From NCBI GenBank assembly GCA_049511935.1, contig JBEKXR010000001.1:1-35332 (forward strand): 35,332 nt of DNA. Reading direction: 5' to 3'. The stretch comes from Spirochaetia bacterium (GTDB taxonomy: Bacteria; Spirochaetota; Spirochaetia; SZUA-6; Fen-1364). Under the pieces are notes generated by a model. That model made no database searches, was not told the origin of the DNA, and saw only the letters and a list, made by a program, of their open reading frames with translations. How positions within the stretch are numbered: the stretch's first letter is position 1; the number at the start of each line of letters is the position of its first letter. The position numbers and the translations under genes are program-made. Below, piece by piece: positions 8,825-19,064 of the stretch.

Positions 8825-10264
8825 TCAAATGATCCTGAAATAGTCCACGAGGGTGCAGCGTCTTTCCCGCGTAAAGGTGCGGGCGCGCGTGAGGCCCTCC
8901 CCTGTCGGGCTCGCGATCGTGAATGAGGCGTATCCCGCCCCTCCCTCGCCGAGACCGGCGAAGTTCGGCCCGTTCTTCACGAACAGCGAGCAGTTCATCA
9001 CCTTCGCCATCCGGGACAGCTTCTCGATGTCGTGGGAATGGATCATCGCGGTGTGGCGGAAGCCGTGCTCAGCCTTCACCGCGAGGTCGATGGCCTCGTC
9101 GGCGCTTCTCATGCGCACCAGCGGGATCACGGGCATCAGCTGCTCCGACCACACCAGGGGATGGCTGCTTTCCACGTCCATGAAGAGGATGCGCGTGTCC
9201 GCGGGCACCTCGATTCCCGCGGCGCGGGCGATGACGGCAGGATCCTTTCCCACCAGGTCCTTGTTCGGCGGGCTGTGCCGGCCGGGTCCGGCATCCTGCG
9301 GGAGCGCCACCCGGGTCACGGCCGGCACCTGGCTGCCGGTGAGCTCGAATGCCCCCTGCGTGCGCATTTCCTGCTTGAGCCTTTCCGCGACGCTTTCCAC
9401 GACGAAGATTTCCTTCTCGCAGGTGCAGACGACGTTGTTGTCGAAACCGGCGCCGGCGACGATGTCCCGGGCGGCCTTGGCGATATCCGCGGTCTGGTCC
9501 ACCACGACCGGAGGATTCCCCGGGCCCGCGCAGATCGCTTTCTTCCCGCTGGCCATGGCGGCTTTCACTACGCCGGGTCCCCCGGTGACCACCAGGAGCG
9601 CCACGCCCCGATGCTTCATCAGCTCTCCGGCACTCTCGATCGTGGGGTTCGCGGCGGCGCACAGCACGTTCCGGGGGCCCCCCGCGGCCGCGATGGCGTC
9701 ATTCAGCATCGAAATGAGACGGTTGGACACGCGCCGGGCGCCCGGGTGGACATTGAAGACGACCGAGTTTCCCGCGGCGATCATCCCTATGGAATTGCTG
9801 GTGATCGTGGCAATGGGATTCGTGACGGGAGTGATAGCGCCGATCACGCCGTAGGGTGCGCGCTCGGTGATCGTCAGGCCGTGTTCGTCGGAAAACGCCG
9901 CGGGCTCCACGTCCCCCACGCCCGGTGTCTTCGACGCGGCGAGCGCGTTTTTCACCTGCTTGTCCCGGATGTTTCCGAGCCCGGTCTCCGACACGGCATC
10001 GACGGACAGGGACTCATTGTGCGAGAGAACCGTGCGCCGCATCGCCTCGATGACGCGCCGGCGCGTATCAAGGGGCAGCGCCGCGAGCTCCTGCTGGGCG
10101 TTCCCCGCGGCCGTCACGGCAGAATCGATATCAGGAAAGATCCCCTCGCCCATCGGCGCGGCAGGCCTGCCGTCGACGGCGGACCCGCGGAGCAGGGCCT
10201 GCACGTCTTCGCTCTTCAGCACCTGCTCGACGATCTGACGGATCTCATCCGCCGGGTTCGACAT
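8825..10264 (-). CDS. CoA-acylating aldehyde dehydrogenase, EutE/PduP-like
   Basis: 479 aa with ERAPYGVIGAITPVTNP and GFDNNVVCTCEKEIFV (catalytic Cys context of the acylating ALDHs). An N-terminal extension of about 40 aa contains an amphipathic helix. Confidence 0.9.
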   Translation of the reverse strand: MSNPADEIRQIVEQVLKSEDVQALLRGSAVDGRPAAPMGEGIFPDIDSAVTAAGNAQQELAALPLDTRRRVIEAMRRTVLSHNESLSVDAVSETGLGNIRDKQVKNALAASKTPGVGDVEPAAFSDEHGLTITERAPYGVIGAITPVTNPIATITSNSIGMIAAGNSVVFNVHPGARRVSNRLISMLNDAIAAAGGPRNVLCAAANPTIESAGELMKHRGVALLVVTGGPGVVKAAMASGKKAICAGPGNPPVVVDQTADIAKAARDIVAGAGFDNNVVCTCEKEIFVVESVAERLKQEMRTQGAFELTGSQVPAVTRVALPQDAGPGRHSPPNKDLVGKDPAVIARAAGIEVPADTRILFMDVESSHPLVWSEQLMPVIPLVRMRSADEAIDLAVKAEHGFRHTAMIHSHDIEKLSRMAKVMNCSLFVKNGPNFAGLGEGGAGYASFTIASPTGEGLTRARTFTRERRCTLVDYFRII

Positions 10265-10294
10265 GGCTCACGCCGTCCTTTCGGTCACAAGCCC

Positions 10295-10322
10295 ATTATG
10301 AACGAATGTCCCCGGCTTTCAA
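10295..10322 (-). promoter_or_regulatory. putative sigma70-type promoter for the aldehyde dehydrogenase gene
   Basis: The minus strand reads TTGAAA-N16-CATAAT in the 87-nt ilvD/ALDH spacer. The -10 ends about 30 nt upstream of the ATG. Confidence 0.4.
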
Positions 10323-10351
10323 CCACCGGCCGCCAGGGGTCAGCCCACTCG

Positions 10352-12091
10352 CTAGCCTGTTACCGCGCCCTTGCTCGCTGAGGAAACCAGGCGGGCGTAC
10401 TTCGCCAGGGCGCCCGTGGAGTACGCGATGCCGCGCGGCTGCCAGGCGGCACGGCGGCGGGCAAGTTCCGCGGGCGAAAGGTCGACATTGATGGTCTTGC
10501 GGTGCGCATCGACGGTGATCATGTCACCGTCCTTCACGAGCGCAATCGTTCCCCCATCCCGGGCCTCGGGGGAGACGTGACCAACGAGCATGCCGCGGCT
10601 CCCGCCCGAGAACCGTCCGTCGGTCACCAGCGCGACTTCCCGCAGGAGCCCGGCGCCCGCGAGGGCGGAGGTCGGCGCGAGCATCTCGCGCATGCCCGGA
10701 CCGCCGCGCGGGCCTTCGTTGCGGATGACCATCGTGTCGCCTTTCTTGATGGCCCCGTCCAGGATCGCCTTCAGGGCTTCCTCTTCGCTTTCGAATACCC
10801 TCGCGGGCCCGCGGTGGAGGAACTCGCCGATGCCGACTGTTTTCAGGACAGCCCCTTCCTCTGCAAGATTGCCCTTGAGGATGCTGATGGGCCCTCTCGG
10901 GCTCACCGGCTTCTCCAGCGGGCGGATCACGTCCTGGCCGGAAAGATCGGCATCGACGCCGTCCAGGTTCTCCGCCACCGTTCTGCCGGTGACCGTGAGG
11001 CAGTCGCCGTGCAGGAGGCCGGCGTCCAGGAGCACCCGCATCACCTTCTGCACGCCGCCCACCTTGTACAGGTCCGTCATGGCGTACCTGCCCGCGGGCT
11101 TCATGTCGCAGAGTGTCGGAGTGGTGTCGTAGAACGGGTTGAACTCGAAGACGTCCAGGCTGACCCCTGCCTCCACGGCCAGGGCGAGGAGGTGCAGGAC
11201 GGCGTTCGTGGACCCGCCCACGGCAAGGGAGACCCGTATGGCGTTCTCGAAGGCCTTCCGCGTCATGATCTGCCGGGGAGTGATGCCCCGCTGGAGGAGG
11301 TTCATGACCGCTTCCCCCGCGCGGATCAGCTCGCCGTGCTTCTCGCTGTTCACGGCGGGGATGCACGCGTTGCCCGGCAGGCTGATGCCAATGGCTTCCA
11401 TGGCCGCGGCCATCGTGTTTGCCGTGTACATTCCGCCACACGCGCCGGGACCGGGGCATGCGGCGCACTCGATCCCGTGCCTCTCTTCCTCGGTGATCTG
11501 GCCCGTGCTGAACTTCCCCACCGCCTCGAAGGCGCTCACGATGTCGACGGGCTTTCCATTGTAGCTGCCCGGGAGGATGGACCCGCCGTAGACGAACACG
11601 CTGGGGAGATCCAGGCGCGCCATGGCCATCACGGTGCCGGGGATGGTCTTGTCGCAGCCGCCGATGCCGAGGATGGCATCCATCTGGTGCCCGCGGATGA
11701 CCAGCTCGATGGCATCGGCGATCACCTCGCGGCTTACCAGGGAGCACTTCATGCCCTCGTGGCCCATCGCCTCGCCGTCGGTGACCACGAAGGTGTTGAA
11801 CTTCAGCGGCACGCCGCCTGCGGCCTTGATGCCGGTCTTCGCCACGGCCGCCAGCTCATCCAGGTGCACGTTGCAGGGCGTCACCTCGCTGCCGGCACTG
11901 GCAACGCCGACGATGGGCTTGTCGAAATCCTCGTCGGTGAATCCCACCGCCCGGAGCATCGCCCTGTTGGGCATGCGGGCGATGCCGCCGGTCATGATGC
12001 GGCTGCGCGCGTTCAGCGCGGCCACGGTACTCCGTGGCATTTCCGCGGCCACGGTACTCCGTGGCATTCCGGTGTCCACCGGGCTCTTCAT
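10352..12091 (-). CDS. ilvD: dihydroxy-acid dehydratase
   Basis: 579 aa with [33 protein letters not shown] and TDGRFSGG. The ATG overlaps the leuD stop (ATGA). Confidence 0.95.
   Translation of the reverse strand: MKSPVDTGMPRSTVAAEMPRSTVAALNARSRIMTGGIARMPNRAMLRAVGFTDEDFDKPIVGVASAGSEVTPCNVHLDELAAVAKTGIKAAGGVPLKFNTFVVTDGEAMGHEGMKCSLVSREVIADAIELVIRGHQMDAILGIGGCDKTIPGTVMAMARLDLPSVFVYGGSILPGSYNGKPVDIVSAFEAVGKFSTGQITEEERHGIECAACPGPGACGGMYTANTMAAAMEAIGISLPGNACIPAVNSEKHGELIRAGEAVMNLLQRGITPRQIMTRKAFENAIRVSLAVGGSTNAVLHLLALAVEAGVSLDVFEFNPFYDTTPTLCDMKPAGRYAMTDLYKVGGVQKVMRVLLDAGLLHGDCLTVTGRTVAENLDGVDADLSGQDVIRPLEKPVSPRGPISILKGNLAEEGAVLKTVGIGEFLHRGPARVFESEEEALKAILDGAIKKGDTMVIRNEGPRGGPGMREMLAPTSALAGAGLLREVALVTDGRFSGGSRGMLVGHVSPEARDGGTIALVKDGDMITVDAHRKTINVDLSPAELARRRAAWQPRGIAYSTGALAKYARLVSSASKGAVTG
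12018..12071 (-). repeat. 27-bp tandem duplication (2 copies) inside the ilvD 5' end
   Basis: GCGGCCACGGTACTCCGTGGCATT occurs at 12018-12041 and again at 12045-12068. It encodes MPRSTVAAE followed by MPRSTVAAL. Confidence 0.9.
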
Positions 12092-12720
12092 TTCTTTCCC
12101 CCTTCTGTGCGGAAGCCGTTCACGTAGGGAATCCGCGCCGCGGCAGCCCTGATGGACTTTTCATTCGACAGGAGAACGGAGGTCGTGTCCCATTCCCCGG
12201 TGAGGAGGCTCCTGCGGTCCGAATCCGGCATCGTGAAGGAGAAGCGTCGTCCTGAGACGGCGATCGAGGCGGCATCGAGGTCGATCGAAACCGCGGCGTG
12301 CGGATCTGCCTCGACCAATCCCGCAATGGCCTGCGCATCCTCGTGGGAGACCCGGGCCGCCGGGAGGCCGAGTGCCGTGCAGTTGCCCGAGAAGATCTCC
12401 GCAAAGGATTCGCCGATGAACGCCCGGATTCCCATGCGCATCAGGGACTGCGGCGCATGCTCGCGTGATGAGCCGCAGCCGAAGTTTCTGCCCACGATCA
12501 GGATGGCCCCGCCCTGGAACCTGGGGTCGTTCAGCGGGTGCGGTTTCGGCTTCCCCGCTTCGTCGTACCTTTCGTCGAAGAAAGCGTACTTCCCCAGGGC
12601 CTCGAACGAGATCTCCCGCAGGTAGCGGGCGGGAATGATCCGGTCGGTATCGATGTCATCGCCGGGCACCGGGATTCCCGTGCCCTCCACTTTCACGCGC
12701 ACGCTCTCCGTTGCTGCCAT
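12088..12720 (-). CDS. leuD: 3-isopropylmalate dehydratase small subunit
   Basis: This is the last 210 codons of the 669-aa ORF: [34 protein letters not shown]...[13 protein letters not shown]. The ATG at 12720 shares one base with the leuC TGA. Confidence 0.95.
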   Translation of the reverse strand: MAATESVRVKVEGTGIPVPGDDIDTDRIIPARYLREISFEALGKYAFFDERYDEAGKPKPHPLNDPRFQGGAILIVGRNFGCGSSREHAPQSLMRMGIRAFIGESFAEIFSGNCTALGLPAARVSHEDAQAIAGLVEADPHAAVSIDLDAASIAVSGRRFSFTMPDSDRRSLLTGEWDTTSVLLSNEKSIRAAAARIPYVNGFRTEGGKK

Positions 12721-14123
12721 CAATCCCCCAGTGCGCGGACGTCGACGACTTCTCCCGCAAGCGCGGCCGCCGCCACCATGGCGGGGCTCATGAGAAGCGT
12801 CCGTCCCTTCGGCGATCCCTGCCGGCCGATGAAGTTCCTGTTCGACGAGCTCGCGCACACCTGCCGGTCGGTGAGCTTGTCGGGGTTCATCGCCAGGCAC
12901 ATCGAGCAGCCCGCCTCCCGCCACTGGAAGCCCGCGGCACGGAAAACATCCGGCAGGCCTTCCGACTCTGCCTGCCGCGCAACGCTTCGCGAGCCCGGCA
13001 CGGCCAGCGCCTTGACCCGGGGAGACACCTTCCTGCCCTTCAGCACCCGGGCCGCCTCGCGAAGGTCGCTGATGCGCCCATTCGTGCACGAGCCGACAAA
13101 TGCCACGTCCACCTGCAGGCCCTGCAGGGGGCTGTTCTCGTCGAAGCCGGTATGCTCGTAGGCCTTGCGCAGCGCGTCCCGGTCCTCCGGTTTTGCGTCC
13201 GACACCCGGGGCAGGCGCCGGCTCACGCCAACGGCCTGGCCGGGGTTGATGCCCCAGGCGACCATCGGTTCGACGGAGGCGCCTTCCAGCTTGAACACAT
13301 CGTCGTAGCGGGCATCGGGATCGGAGGCGATTCCCTTCCAGAAGGTGAGCGCCGTCTCGAAGTCCGCGCCCTGCGGGGCGAACGTGCGGCCTTTGAGGTA
13401 CGAGAAGGTGGTCGCGTCGGGATTCACGTAGCCCGCGCGTGCGCCCGCCTCGATGCTCATGTTGCAGAGGGTGAGCCGCGCTTCCATCGGGAGGGATTCG
13501 ATCGCCGGGCCGGCGTACTCGTAGGCGAACCCGATCCCGCCGTTCACGCCCAGGTCTGCGATGATGCGGATGATAAGGTCCTTCGACGAGACGCCCGCGG
13601 CGAGACCGCCGGACACGTCGATCCTCCTGACCTTCGGCCGGGTCAGGGAGAGGGTCTGGGTGGCGAGGATATCCCGGATCTGCGACGTGCCCACGCCGAA
13701 TGCAAGGCTGCCCAGTGCGCCGTGCGTGGAGGTGTGCGAATCCCCGCAGGCGACGGTCATTCCCGGTTGGGTGAGGCCCAGCTCGGGGCCGATGATGTGC
13801 ACGATCCCCTGTTCCGCGCTGCCCAGGCCGAAGAAGCGGATCCCGTGCTCGCGCGTGTTGCGCTCGATGGCCTGCATCATCGCCTCGGCCTGCCCGTCGG
13901 CGAAGGGACGTCGCTGATCGTCGGTGGGAACGATGTGGTCCACCGTCGCGAAGGTCCTGCCCGGGAACATCACCTTCAACCCCCGATCCTTCAGCGCCTG
14001 GAAGGCCTGCGGGGACGTGACCTCGTGGATGAGGTGCAGCCCGATGAAGAGCTGATCCTGCCCCGAGGGGAGCGTGCCGACCACGTGCAGGTCCCACACC
14101 TTGTCCAGAAGAGAGCGTCCCAT
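12720..14123 (-). CDS. leuC: 3-isopropylmalate dehydratase large subunit
   Basis: 467 aa with [21 protein letters not shown] and the aconitase-type Cys ligands GSCTNGR. Confidence 0.95.
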   Translation of the reverse strand: MGRSLLDKVWDLHVVGTLPSGQDQLFIGLHLIHEVTSPQAFQALKDRGLKVMFPGRTFATVDHIVPTDDQRRPFADGQAEAMMQAIERNTREHGIRFFGLGSAEQGIVHIIGPELGLTQPGMTVACGDSHTSTHGALGSLAFGVGTSQIRDILATQTLSLTRPKVRRIDVSGGLAAGVSSKDLIIRIIADLGVNGGIGFAYEYAGPAIESLPMEARLTLCNMSIEAGARAGYVNPDATTFSYLKGRTFAPQGADFETALTFWKGIASDPDARYDDVFKLEGASVEPMVAWGINPGQAVGVSRRLPRVSDAKPEDRDALRKAYEHTGFDENSPLQGLQVDVAFVGSCTNGRISDLREAARVLKGRKVSPRVKALAVPGSRSVARQAESEGLPDVFRAAGFQWREAGCSMCLAMNPDKLTDRQVCASSSNRNFIGRQGSPKGRTLLMSPAMVAAAALAGEVVDVRALGD

Positions 14124-14125
14124 GC

Positions 14126-14647
14126 TCAGGTAACCTCCTCGCCGCGGGCCACGATGACCTTGCCGGTCCTCACCATCTCGATGACCCCGTAGCGCCCCAG
14201 CATCCTGTGCAGCGCATCGACCTTTTCTGAGTCCCCCGTGACCTGCACCGTGAGGGCCCCCTCGGAGAGGTCCACGACCTGGCCCTTGAAGGTGTGCACG
14301 ACGTCCAGCACCTCGGCCCTCTTCTCGGGCGTGCAGCGGACCTTCACCATGGCGAGCTCCCGCTGGATCACGTCCTTGCCGGTGTTGTCGATGGCGTGCA
14401 CCACATCCACCAGCCTGTTGAGCTGCCGGATGATATGCCCGATCGTTCTCTCGTCCCCCGTGGCGACGATGTTCATGTGGGAGAATGCCGGGTCGTATGC
14501 CTCCGAGACCACGAGGCTGTCGATGTTGAAGCCGCGGCGCGCGAAGACCAGGGCCACCCTGTTGAGGACCCCGAACTTGTTCGCCACGTAGAGGCTCACG
14601 AGGTGACGCTTGACTCCGCCGATGCCGTTGCCGTTGCCCTCGTTCAT
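14126..14647 (-). CDS. ilvN: acetolactate synthase small (regulatory) subunit
   Basis: 173 aa with an ACT domain ([31 protein letters not shown]). The ATG overlaps the ilvB stop (ATGA). Confidence 0.9.
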   Translation of the reverse strand: MNEGNGNGIGGVKRHLVSLYVANKFGVLNRVALVFARRGFNIDSLVVSEAYDPAFSHMNIVATGDERTIGHIIRQLNRLVDVVHAIDNTGKDVIQRELAMVKVRCTPEKRAEVLDVVHTFKGQVVDLSEGALTVQVTGDSEKVDALHRMLGRYGVIEMVRTGKVIVARGEEVT

Positions 14648-16368
14648 GCGCGGTCCTTGCGGGCGCGGCCCGTCCTCGGAGGGCCCAGGATCATGTCCCT
14701 GATGGATGCGCCGGCGGGAATCATGGGGAAGACGTTGTCCTCCTTGGCGACCTCCGCGTCGATGATCACGGGGCCGTCGTTCCAGGCGAGGGCCTTCTCC
14801 AGCACGGGGCGCACATCACCGATGCGGCGCATGCGGAACGCCTTGCACCCATAGCTCTCCGCGAGCTTCACGAAATCGGGGTTTCCGACGAGGTCCACTC
14901 CGGAGAGGCGGTTCTCGTAAAAGAGGTTCTGCCACTGCCGCACCATGCCCAGGTAGCGGTTGTTGATGATGAGGACCTTCAGGGGGAGCTTGAGGTTCGC
15001 CGCGGTGGCCAGCTCGTACATCGTCATCTGGAAGCCGCCGTCACCCACGATGGCGCACACCAGGGAGCCCGGCCGGGCCAGCTGGGCGCCGATGGCCGCG
15101 GGGAAGCCGAATCCCATCGTGCCCGCGCCGCCCGATGAGATCCAATGGAAGCGCTCCTCCGTGCGGTAGAACTGCGCCGCCCACATCTGGTGCTGTCCCA
15201 CGTCTGTGGTGACGATGGCCCTGCCGCCGGTCTGGCGGTAAAGCTCGTCGATCACGTACTGGGCCTCGAAGGTGCCCCGCTTGTGGTAGTGCAGCGGGTG
15301 GGCCTTCTTCCATTCCTCGATCTGCGCCAGCCACGCCGTCGTGTCACCGGCCACGAGCTGGGTATTCAGGGCCGCGAGGACGGCGCGGGCATCCCCTACG
15401 ATGGCGCAGTCCATCTTGAACAGCTTGTTGATTTCAGCAGGGTCGATGTCGACATGAATCTTCACCGCATCCGGGCAGAACGTGTCAGGCGCCCCGGTGA
15501 TTCGGTCGTCCCAACGGGAGCCGACCGACATGATCAGGTCGCAGTCCGTCACCGCCTTGTTCGCGTACGCAGTCCCGTGCATCCCGAGCATTCCGAGGGA
15601 GAGGGGATGGGTTTCCGGGAACGCTCCCTTTCCGAGGAGAGTATTGGTCACCGGGATGTGCATCGTCTCCGCCAGGGTACGAAGCTCCGCGCCGGCACCC
15701 GAGATCACCGCTCCGTGCCCCACGAGGAGCACGGGCCGCCGCGCCTCGCGGAGCATCCGCGCGGCGCACGAGATCTGGCCGGGATCTCCCTCGGCCGGGA
15801 CCCGGTAGCCGGGGAGGTGGAAGTCGTCGTCGTCCCGGGCCCAGATCATGGCGTTGGAGCAGTCCTTGGGAATGTCGATGAGAACGGGGCCCGGCCGGCC
15901 CGAACGGGCGATGTAGAAGGCCTCACGCACGACGCGCGGGATGTCCGCGGCGTCTTTCACCAGGTAGGAATGCTTCACGATGGGCAGCGAAATGCCCGAG
16001 ACATCCGCCTCCTGGAACGCGTCCAGCCCGAGGCTCGCGACGTTGGCCTGCCCGGTGATGACAACCATCGGCACCGAGTCCATTTGTGCCGTGAGGATGC
16101 CCGTAATCGTGTTCGTGGCCCCGGGACCCGAGGTGACGAGGACGACCGCCGGCTCCCCGCTCGCGCGCGCGTACCCATCGGCCATGTGGGTCGCGCCCTG
16201 CTCGTGACGGGTGAGCACCAGCTTGATCTTCGAGTCGACCAGGGCATCGAACAGGGGGATGGCCGCTCCGCCCGGCAGGCCGAAGACGTATTTCACACCC
16301 TGTTGTTCAAGCATGTGCACCACGCCCTGGGCGCCGGTGCATCGTCGTCCGCGAGTTCTTTCTTCCAT
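14644..16368 (-). CDS. ilvB: acetolactate synthase large subunit, biosynthetic type
   Basis: 574 aa ThDP enzyme with [18 protein letters not shown] and GDGGFQMT...NN. Confidence 0.95.
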   Translation of the reverse strand: MEERTRGRRCTGAQGVVHMLEQQGVKYVFGLPGGAAIPLFDALVDSKIKLVLTRHEQGATHMADGYARASGEPAVVLVTSGPGATNTITGILTAQMDSVPMVVITGQANVASLGLDAFQEADVSGISLPIVKHSYLVKDAADIPRVVREAFYIARSGRPGPVLIDIPKDCSNAMIWARDDDDFHLPGYRVPAEGDPGQISCAARMLREARRPVLLVGHGAVISGAGAELRTLAETMHIPVTNTLLGKGAFPETHPLSLGMLGMHGTAYANKAVTDCDLIMSVGSRWDDRITGAPDTFCPDAVKIHVDIDPAEINKLFKMDCAIVGDARAVLAALNTQLVAGDTTAWLAQIEEWKKAHPLHYHKRGTFEAQYVIDELYRQTGGRAIVTTDVGQHQMWAAQFYRTEERFHWISSGGAGTMGFGFPAAIGAQLARPGSLVCAIVGDGGFQMTMYELATAANLKLPLKVLIINNRYLGMVRQWQNLFYENRLSGVDLVGNPDFVKLAESYGCKAFRMRRIGDVRPVLEKALAWNDGPVIIDAEVAKEDNVFPMIPAGASIRDMILGPPRTGRARKDRA

Positions 16369-16441
16369 GGCTCCGTCTGGTGTCTAAGGTACTCTTCAAA
16401 GCCCGCCCGGGCCACCAGATTTTGCCGCAATCTGAGCAAAC

Positions 16442-16471
16442 TTGACCTTCGCACGGCAAAGGGATTATCAC
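16442..16471 (+). promoter_or_regulatory. putative promoter, nearly leaderless lysK
   Basis: TTGACC-N18-TATCAC, with the -10 ending 10 nt before ATG 16482. No Shine-Dalgarno sequence lies between them. Confidence 0.35.
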
Positions 16472-16481
16472 CAACCCATCT

Positions 16482-18068
16482 ATGACGCACAAGGAATGGC
16501 CCTTCATCGAAGCGCAGAGGATCCGGGATCGGCTCGGGAAACTCGGCACCCGGTCAGTCACGGCGGAAACGGGCTACGGCCCTTCCGGCCTCCCCCACAT
16601 CGGGACATTCGGCGAAGTGGCCCGGACCTCATTCGTGCTGCAGGCGCTTTCCACGCTGGAGCCCGGCATCGATGCGCGGATCGTCGCCTTCTCTGATGAC
16701 ATGGACGGGCTGCGCGACGTGCCGAGGAACCTGCCGAACGCGCAGATGCTCCAGCAGCACCTCGGCAAGCCCCTCACCTCGATCCCCGACCCGTTCGGGG
16801 AGGAAAAATCCTTTGCCCATTACATGAACCGAAGGCTGCGGGAGTTCCTGGATTCGTACGGGTTCCGCTACGAGTTCGCCTCCTCAACGGACAAATACGC
16901 CTCCGGGGTGTTCGACGACGGCCTGCGCCGGATCATGGCGCACTACGAGGAGATCAGCGGGCTTTTCAAGGCGACGATCGCCGAGGAGAAGCGCGCCGCA
17001 TGGAGCCCCTTCTTCCCCATCTGCGAGAGCTGCGGGAGGGTCTATTCCACCCGGGTGACGGGCCTCGACCCGGCAGCGTGCACGGTCTCGTACGCCTGCG
17101 ACGTGCCCCTGGCGGGCAAGTACCAGTGCTGCGGGCACGCCGGGACCCGGAGCATCCTCGGGGGCGCCTGCAAGGTGGGATGGAAGGTGGACTGGGCCCT
17201 GAGGTGGTTCTCGCTCGGCATTGACTACGAGATGCACGGTGAGGATCTCCTCGATTCGGCGCGCCTTTCCTCCCGGATCGTGAAAATCCTCGGCGGGGAG
17301 CCGCCCGAGCTATTCAAGTACGAGCTGTTCCTCGACGAAAAAGGGAAAAAGATATCGAAGAAAATCGGCAATGGGATTTCCCTGGAGCAGTGGCTGCGAT
17401 TCGCGCCGGTCGATTCACTCCTCTACATCATGTACATGAAGCCGCAGCAGGCCAAGAAGATGGGGCTGCCGATCCTGCCGGAGATCGTCGATGCCTACCT
17501 CGAGCTGGTCGCCCGGGACGAGGGTGAGGAAGATTCGCCCGTTCCCTTCATCTCCCGGCTTTCGAAGGGCGCTCACGCCGGACGGCTCCCCGGGGGGAGG
17601 ATCATCACCTACTCCCTGATCCTCGAGCTCATCCTTGCTCTCAACCAGGACGATCCGCGGATCGTCCGCGACTACCTCATGAAGTTCGAGCCCGAGATCG
17701 CGGACAACGTAGCCTACTACGAGCAGCTCATCGAGGACGCGCTCGCCTACTACCGCGAAGTGCTGCTGCCGGGGCGCAGCGTGGAGGCCGCGGACCACCA
17801 GCTGGATGCCGCCGTGACCGCGCTCCGCGACGAGCTCGCCCGCCTGGCGGACGCCGGGGCGGCGCCGGACCCCGACACCCTGCAGACGCTGGTCTTCCAG
17901 ATCGCGAAGGACAGGGAGATACGGACGAAGGACTGGTTCCGCGAGCTGTACCGGATCTTCCTGGGCCAGTCCCAGGGACCCCGCATCGGGAGCTTCATCG
18001 CCCTGCTCGGGTACGCCACCTGCGTCGAGCGCCTCCAGGCGCACCTGGAGCGAGTTCCACACGGATGA
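16482..18068 (+). CDS. lysK: lysine--tRNA ligase, class I
   Basis: 528 aa with ETGYGPSGLPHIGTFGEVART (HIGH-type motif) and GKKISKKIGNG (KMSKS-type). The length and N-terminus (WPFIEAQRI) fit bacterial class I LysRS. Confidence 0.9.
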   Translation: MTHKEWPFIEAQRIRDRLGKLGTRSVTAETGYGPSGLPHIGTFGEVARTSFVLQALSTLEPGIDARIVAFSDDMDGLRDVPRNLPNAQMLQQHLGKPLTSIPDPFGEEKSFAHYMNRRLREFLDSYGFRYEFASSTDKYASGVFDDGLRRIMAHYEEISGLFKATIAEEKRAAWSPFFPICESCGRVYSTRVTGLDPAACTVSYACDVPLAGKYQCCGHAGTRSILGGACKVGWKVDWALRWFSLGIDYEMHGEDLLDSARLSSRIVKILGGEPPELFKYELFLDEKGKKISKKIGNGISLEQWLRFAPVDSLLYIMYMKPQQAKKMGLPILPEIVDAYLELVARDEGEEDSPVPFISRLSKGAHAGRLPGGRIITYSLILELILALNQDDPRIVRDYLMKFEPEIADNVAYYEQLIEDALAYYREVLLPGRSVEAADHQLDAAVTALRDELARLADAGAAPDPDTLQTLVFQIAKDREIRTKDWFRELYRIFLGQSQGPRIGSFIALLGYATCVERLQAHLERVPHG

Positions 18069-18149
18069 CGGACAACGGACCGGCGAGCAGGACGAGGGCA
18101 GGCGCGGAACAAATCCTTCTCTCTCAGAGTTTCACCGGAGGGTGATGCG

Positions 18150-19055
18150 ATGTTCCATCATCTCCTTGTGCCCCTGGACGGCTCCCGCATGTCCGAGTCG
18201 AGTCTCCCGACGGCAGCACGCCTGGCGAGGCGGGCCGGCGCCGTGCTCACCCTCGTGCACGTCGTCGAGAGACATGCCCCCGCGGCGGTCCACAAAGAGC
18301 GTCACCTCGTGACTGCCCGCGAAGCCTCCGCCTACCTGTCCGAGGTTCTGCGGATGCCCGTCCTGGCAGGGCTCCGCGTGGAGACACACGTCCATGACGC
18401 AGAGGTGCGCGACGTGGCGCGAAGCATCACGGAGCATACCGCCGAGCTCGCCCCCGACCTCGTGGTCATGAGCATCCATGGCACCGGCGGCGCGAGGCGC
18501 CTGCTCTTCGGAACGATTGCCCAGCAAGTCATCGGGCACGGTGCCACTCCGGTCCTGCTCGTGCGTCCATCGCGGGAGGCCGCCGGGGGACAGGTGAAGG
18601 AATGGACCACGTTCATCGCCCCCATCGATGGGAACCCCGCGCACGAAAAAAGCCTGCCGCTTGCCGCCGAGCTCGCCGTCGCCTTTGCCTGCCGCCTGCA
18701 CCTCCTGATGGTCATCCCGAATCCCGAGGAGCTCACGGGCCTTGAGAAGGCGGCCAGCGTGCTGCTGCCGAACGCCACGCGCGTCAAGCTGGAGATGGAC
18801 AGCGCGGGAGCAGGCGAATACCTCGCGGCCCGCGCCGCGGAGCTGAAGGCCTCCGGTGTGCAGACGGCCTGCGAGGCCGCGCGAGGGGATCCGGCCCGCG
18901 CCATCGTGCGCACGGCGCGAAAGCTTGCCGCTGACCTGGTGGTGATGAGCATGCACGGCAGGGCGGGCACGGAGGCGTTCTGGGAAGGGAGCGTGGCCGC
19001 GCGCGTCATCGCCCGCTCCCGCGTGCCGCTGCTCCTGGTTCCTCTTCGGGGCTGA
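18150..19055 (+). CDS. universal stress protein, tandem UspA domains
   Basis: 301 aa. Two repeats of the HLLVPLDGS...DLVVMS.HG...GS pattern. GGAGGG RBS. Confidence 0.85.
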   Translation: MFHHLLVPLDGSRMSESSLPTAARLARRAGAVLTLVHVVERHAPAAVHKERHLVTAREASAYLSEVLRMPVLAGLRVETHVHDAEVRDVARSITEHTAELAPDLVVMSIHGTGGARRLLFGTIAQQVIGHGATPVLLVRPSREAAGGQVKEWTTFIAPIDGNPAHEKSLPLAAELAVAFACRLHLLMVIPNPEELTGLEKAASVLLPNATRVKLEMDSAGAGEYLAARAAELKASGVQTACEAARGDPARAIVRTARKLAADLVVMSMHGRAGTEAFWEGSVAARVIARSRVPLLLVPLRG

Positions 19056-19064
19056 CTCTCCGCG

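Noticed and set aside
8380-10352. Bacterial microcompartment locus around the EutE-like gene
   Set aside because: No BMC-H, BMC-T or BMC-P shell genes, phosphotransacylase or signature enzyme is present in the window. Only the cargo-like N-terminus is reported.
12088-14097. 669-aa ORF spanning leuD and most of leuC
   Set aside because: Only the last 210 codons (leuD) look like protein. The upstream 459 codons are an Arg/Gly/Pro/His-rich alternative frame across leuC, whose real frame is ORF 12720-14123.
16369-16481. Leader-peptide attenuator or T-box upstream of ilvB
   Set aside because: There is no Val/Leu/Ile-rich mini-ORF, no terminator/antiterminator pair with a U-tract, and no T-box consensus visible by eye.
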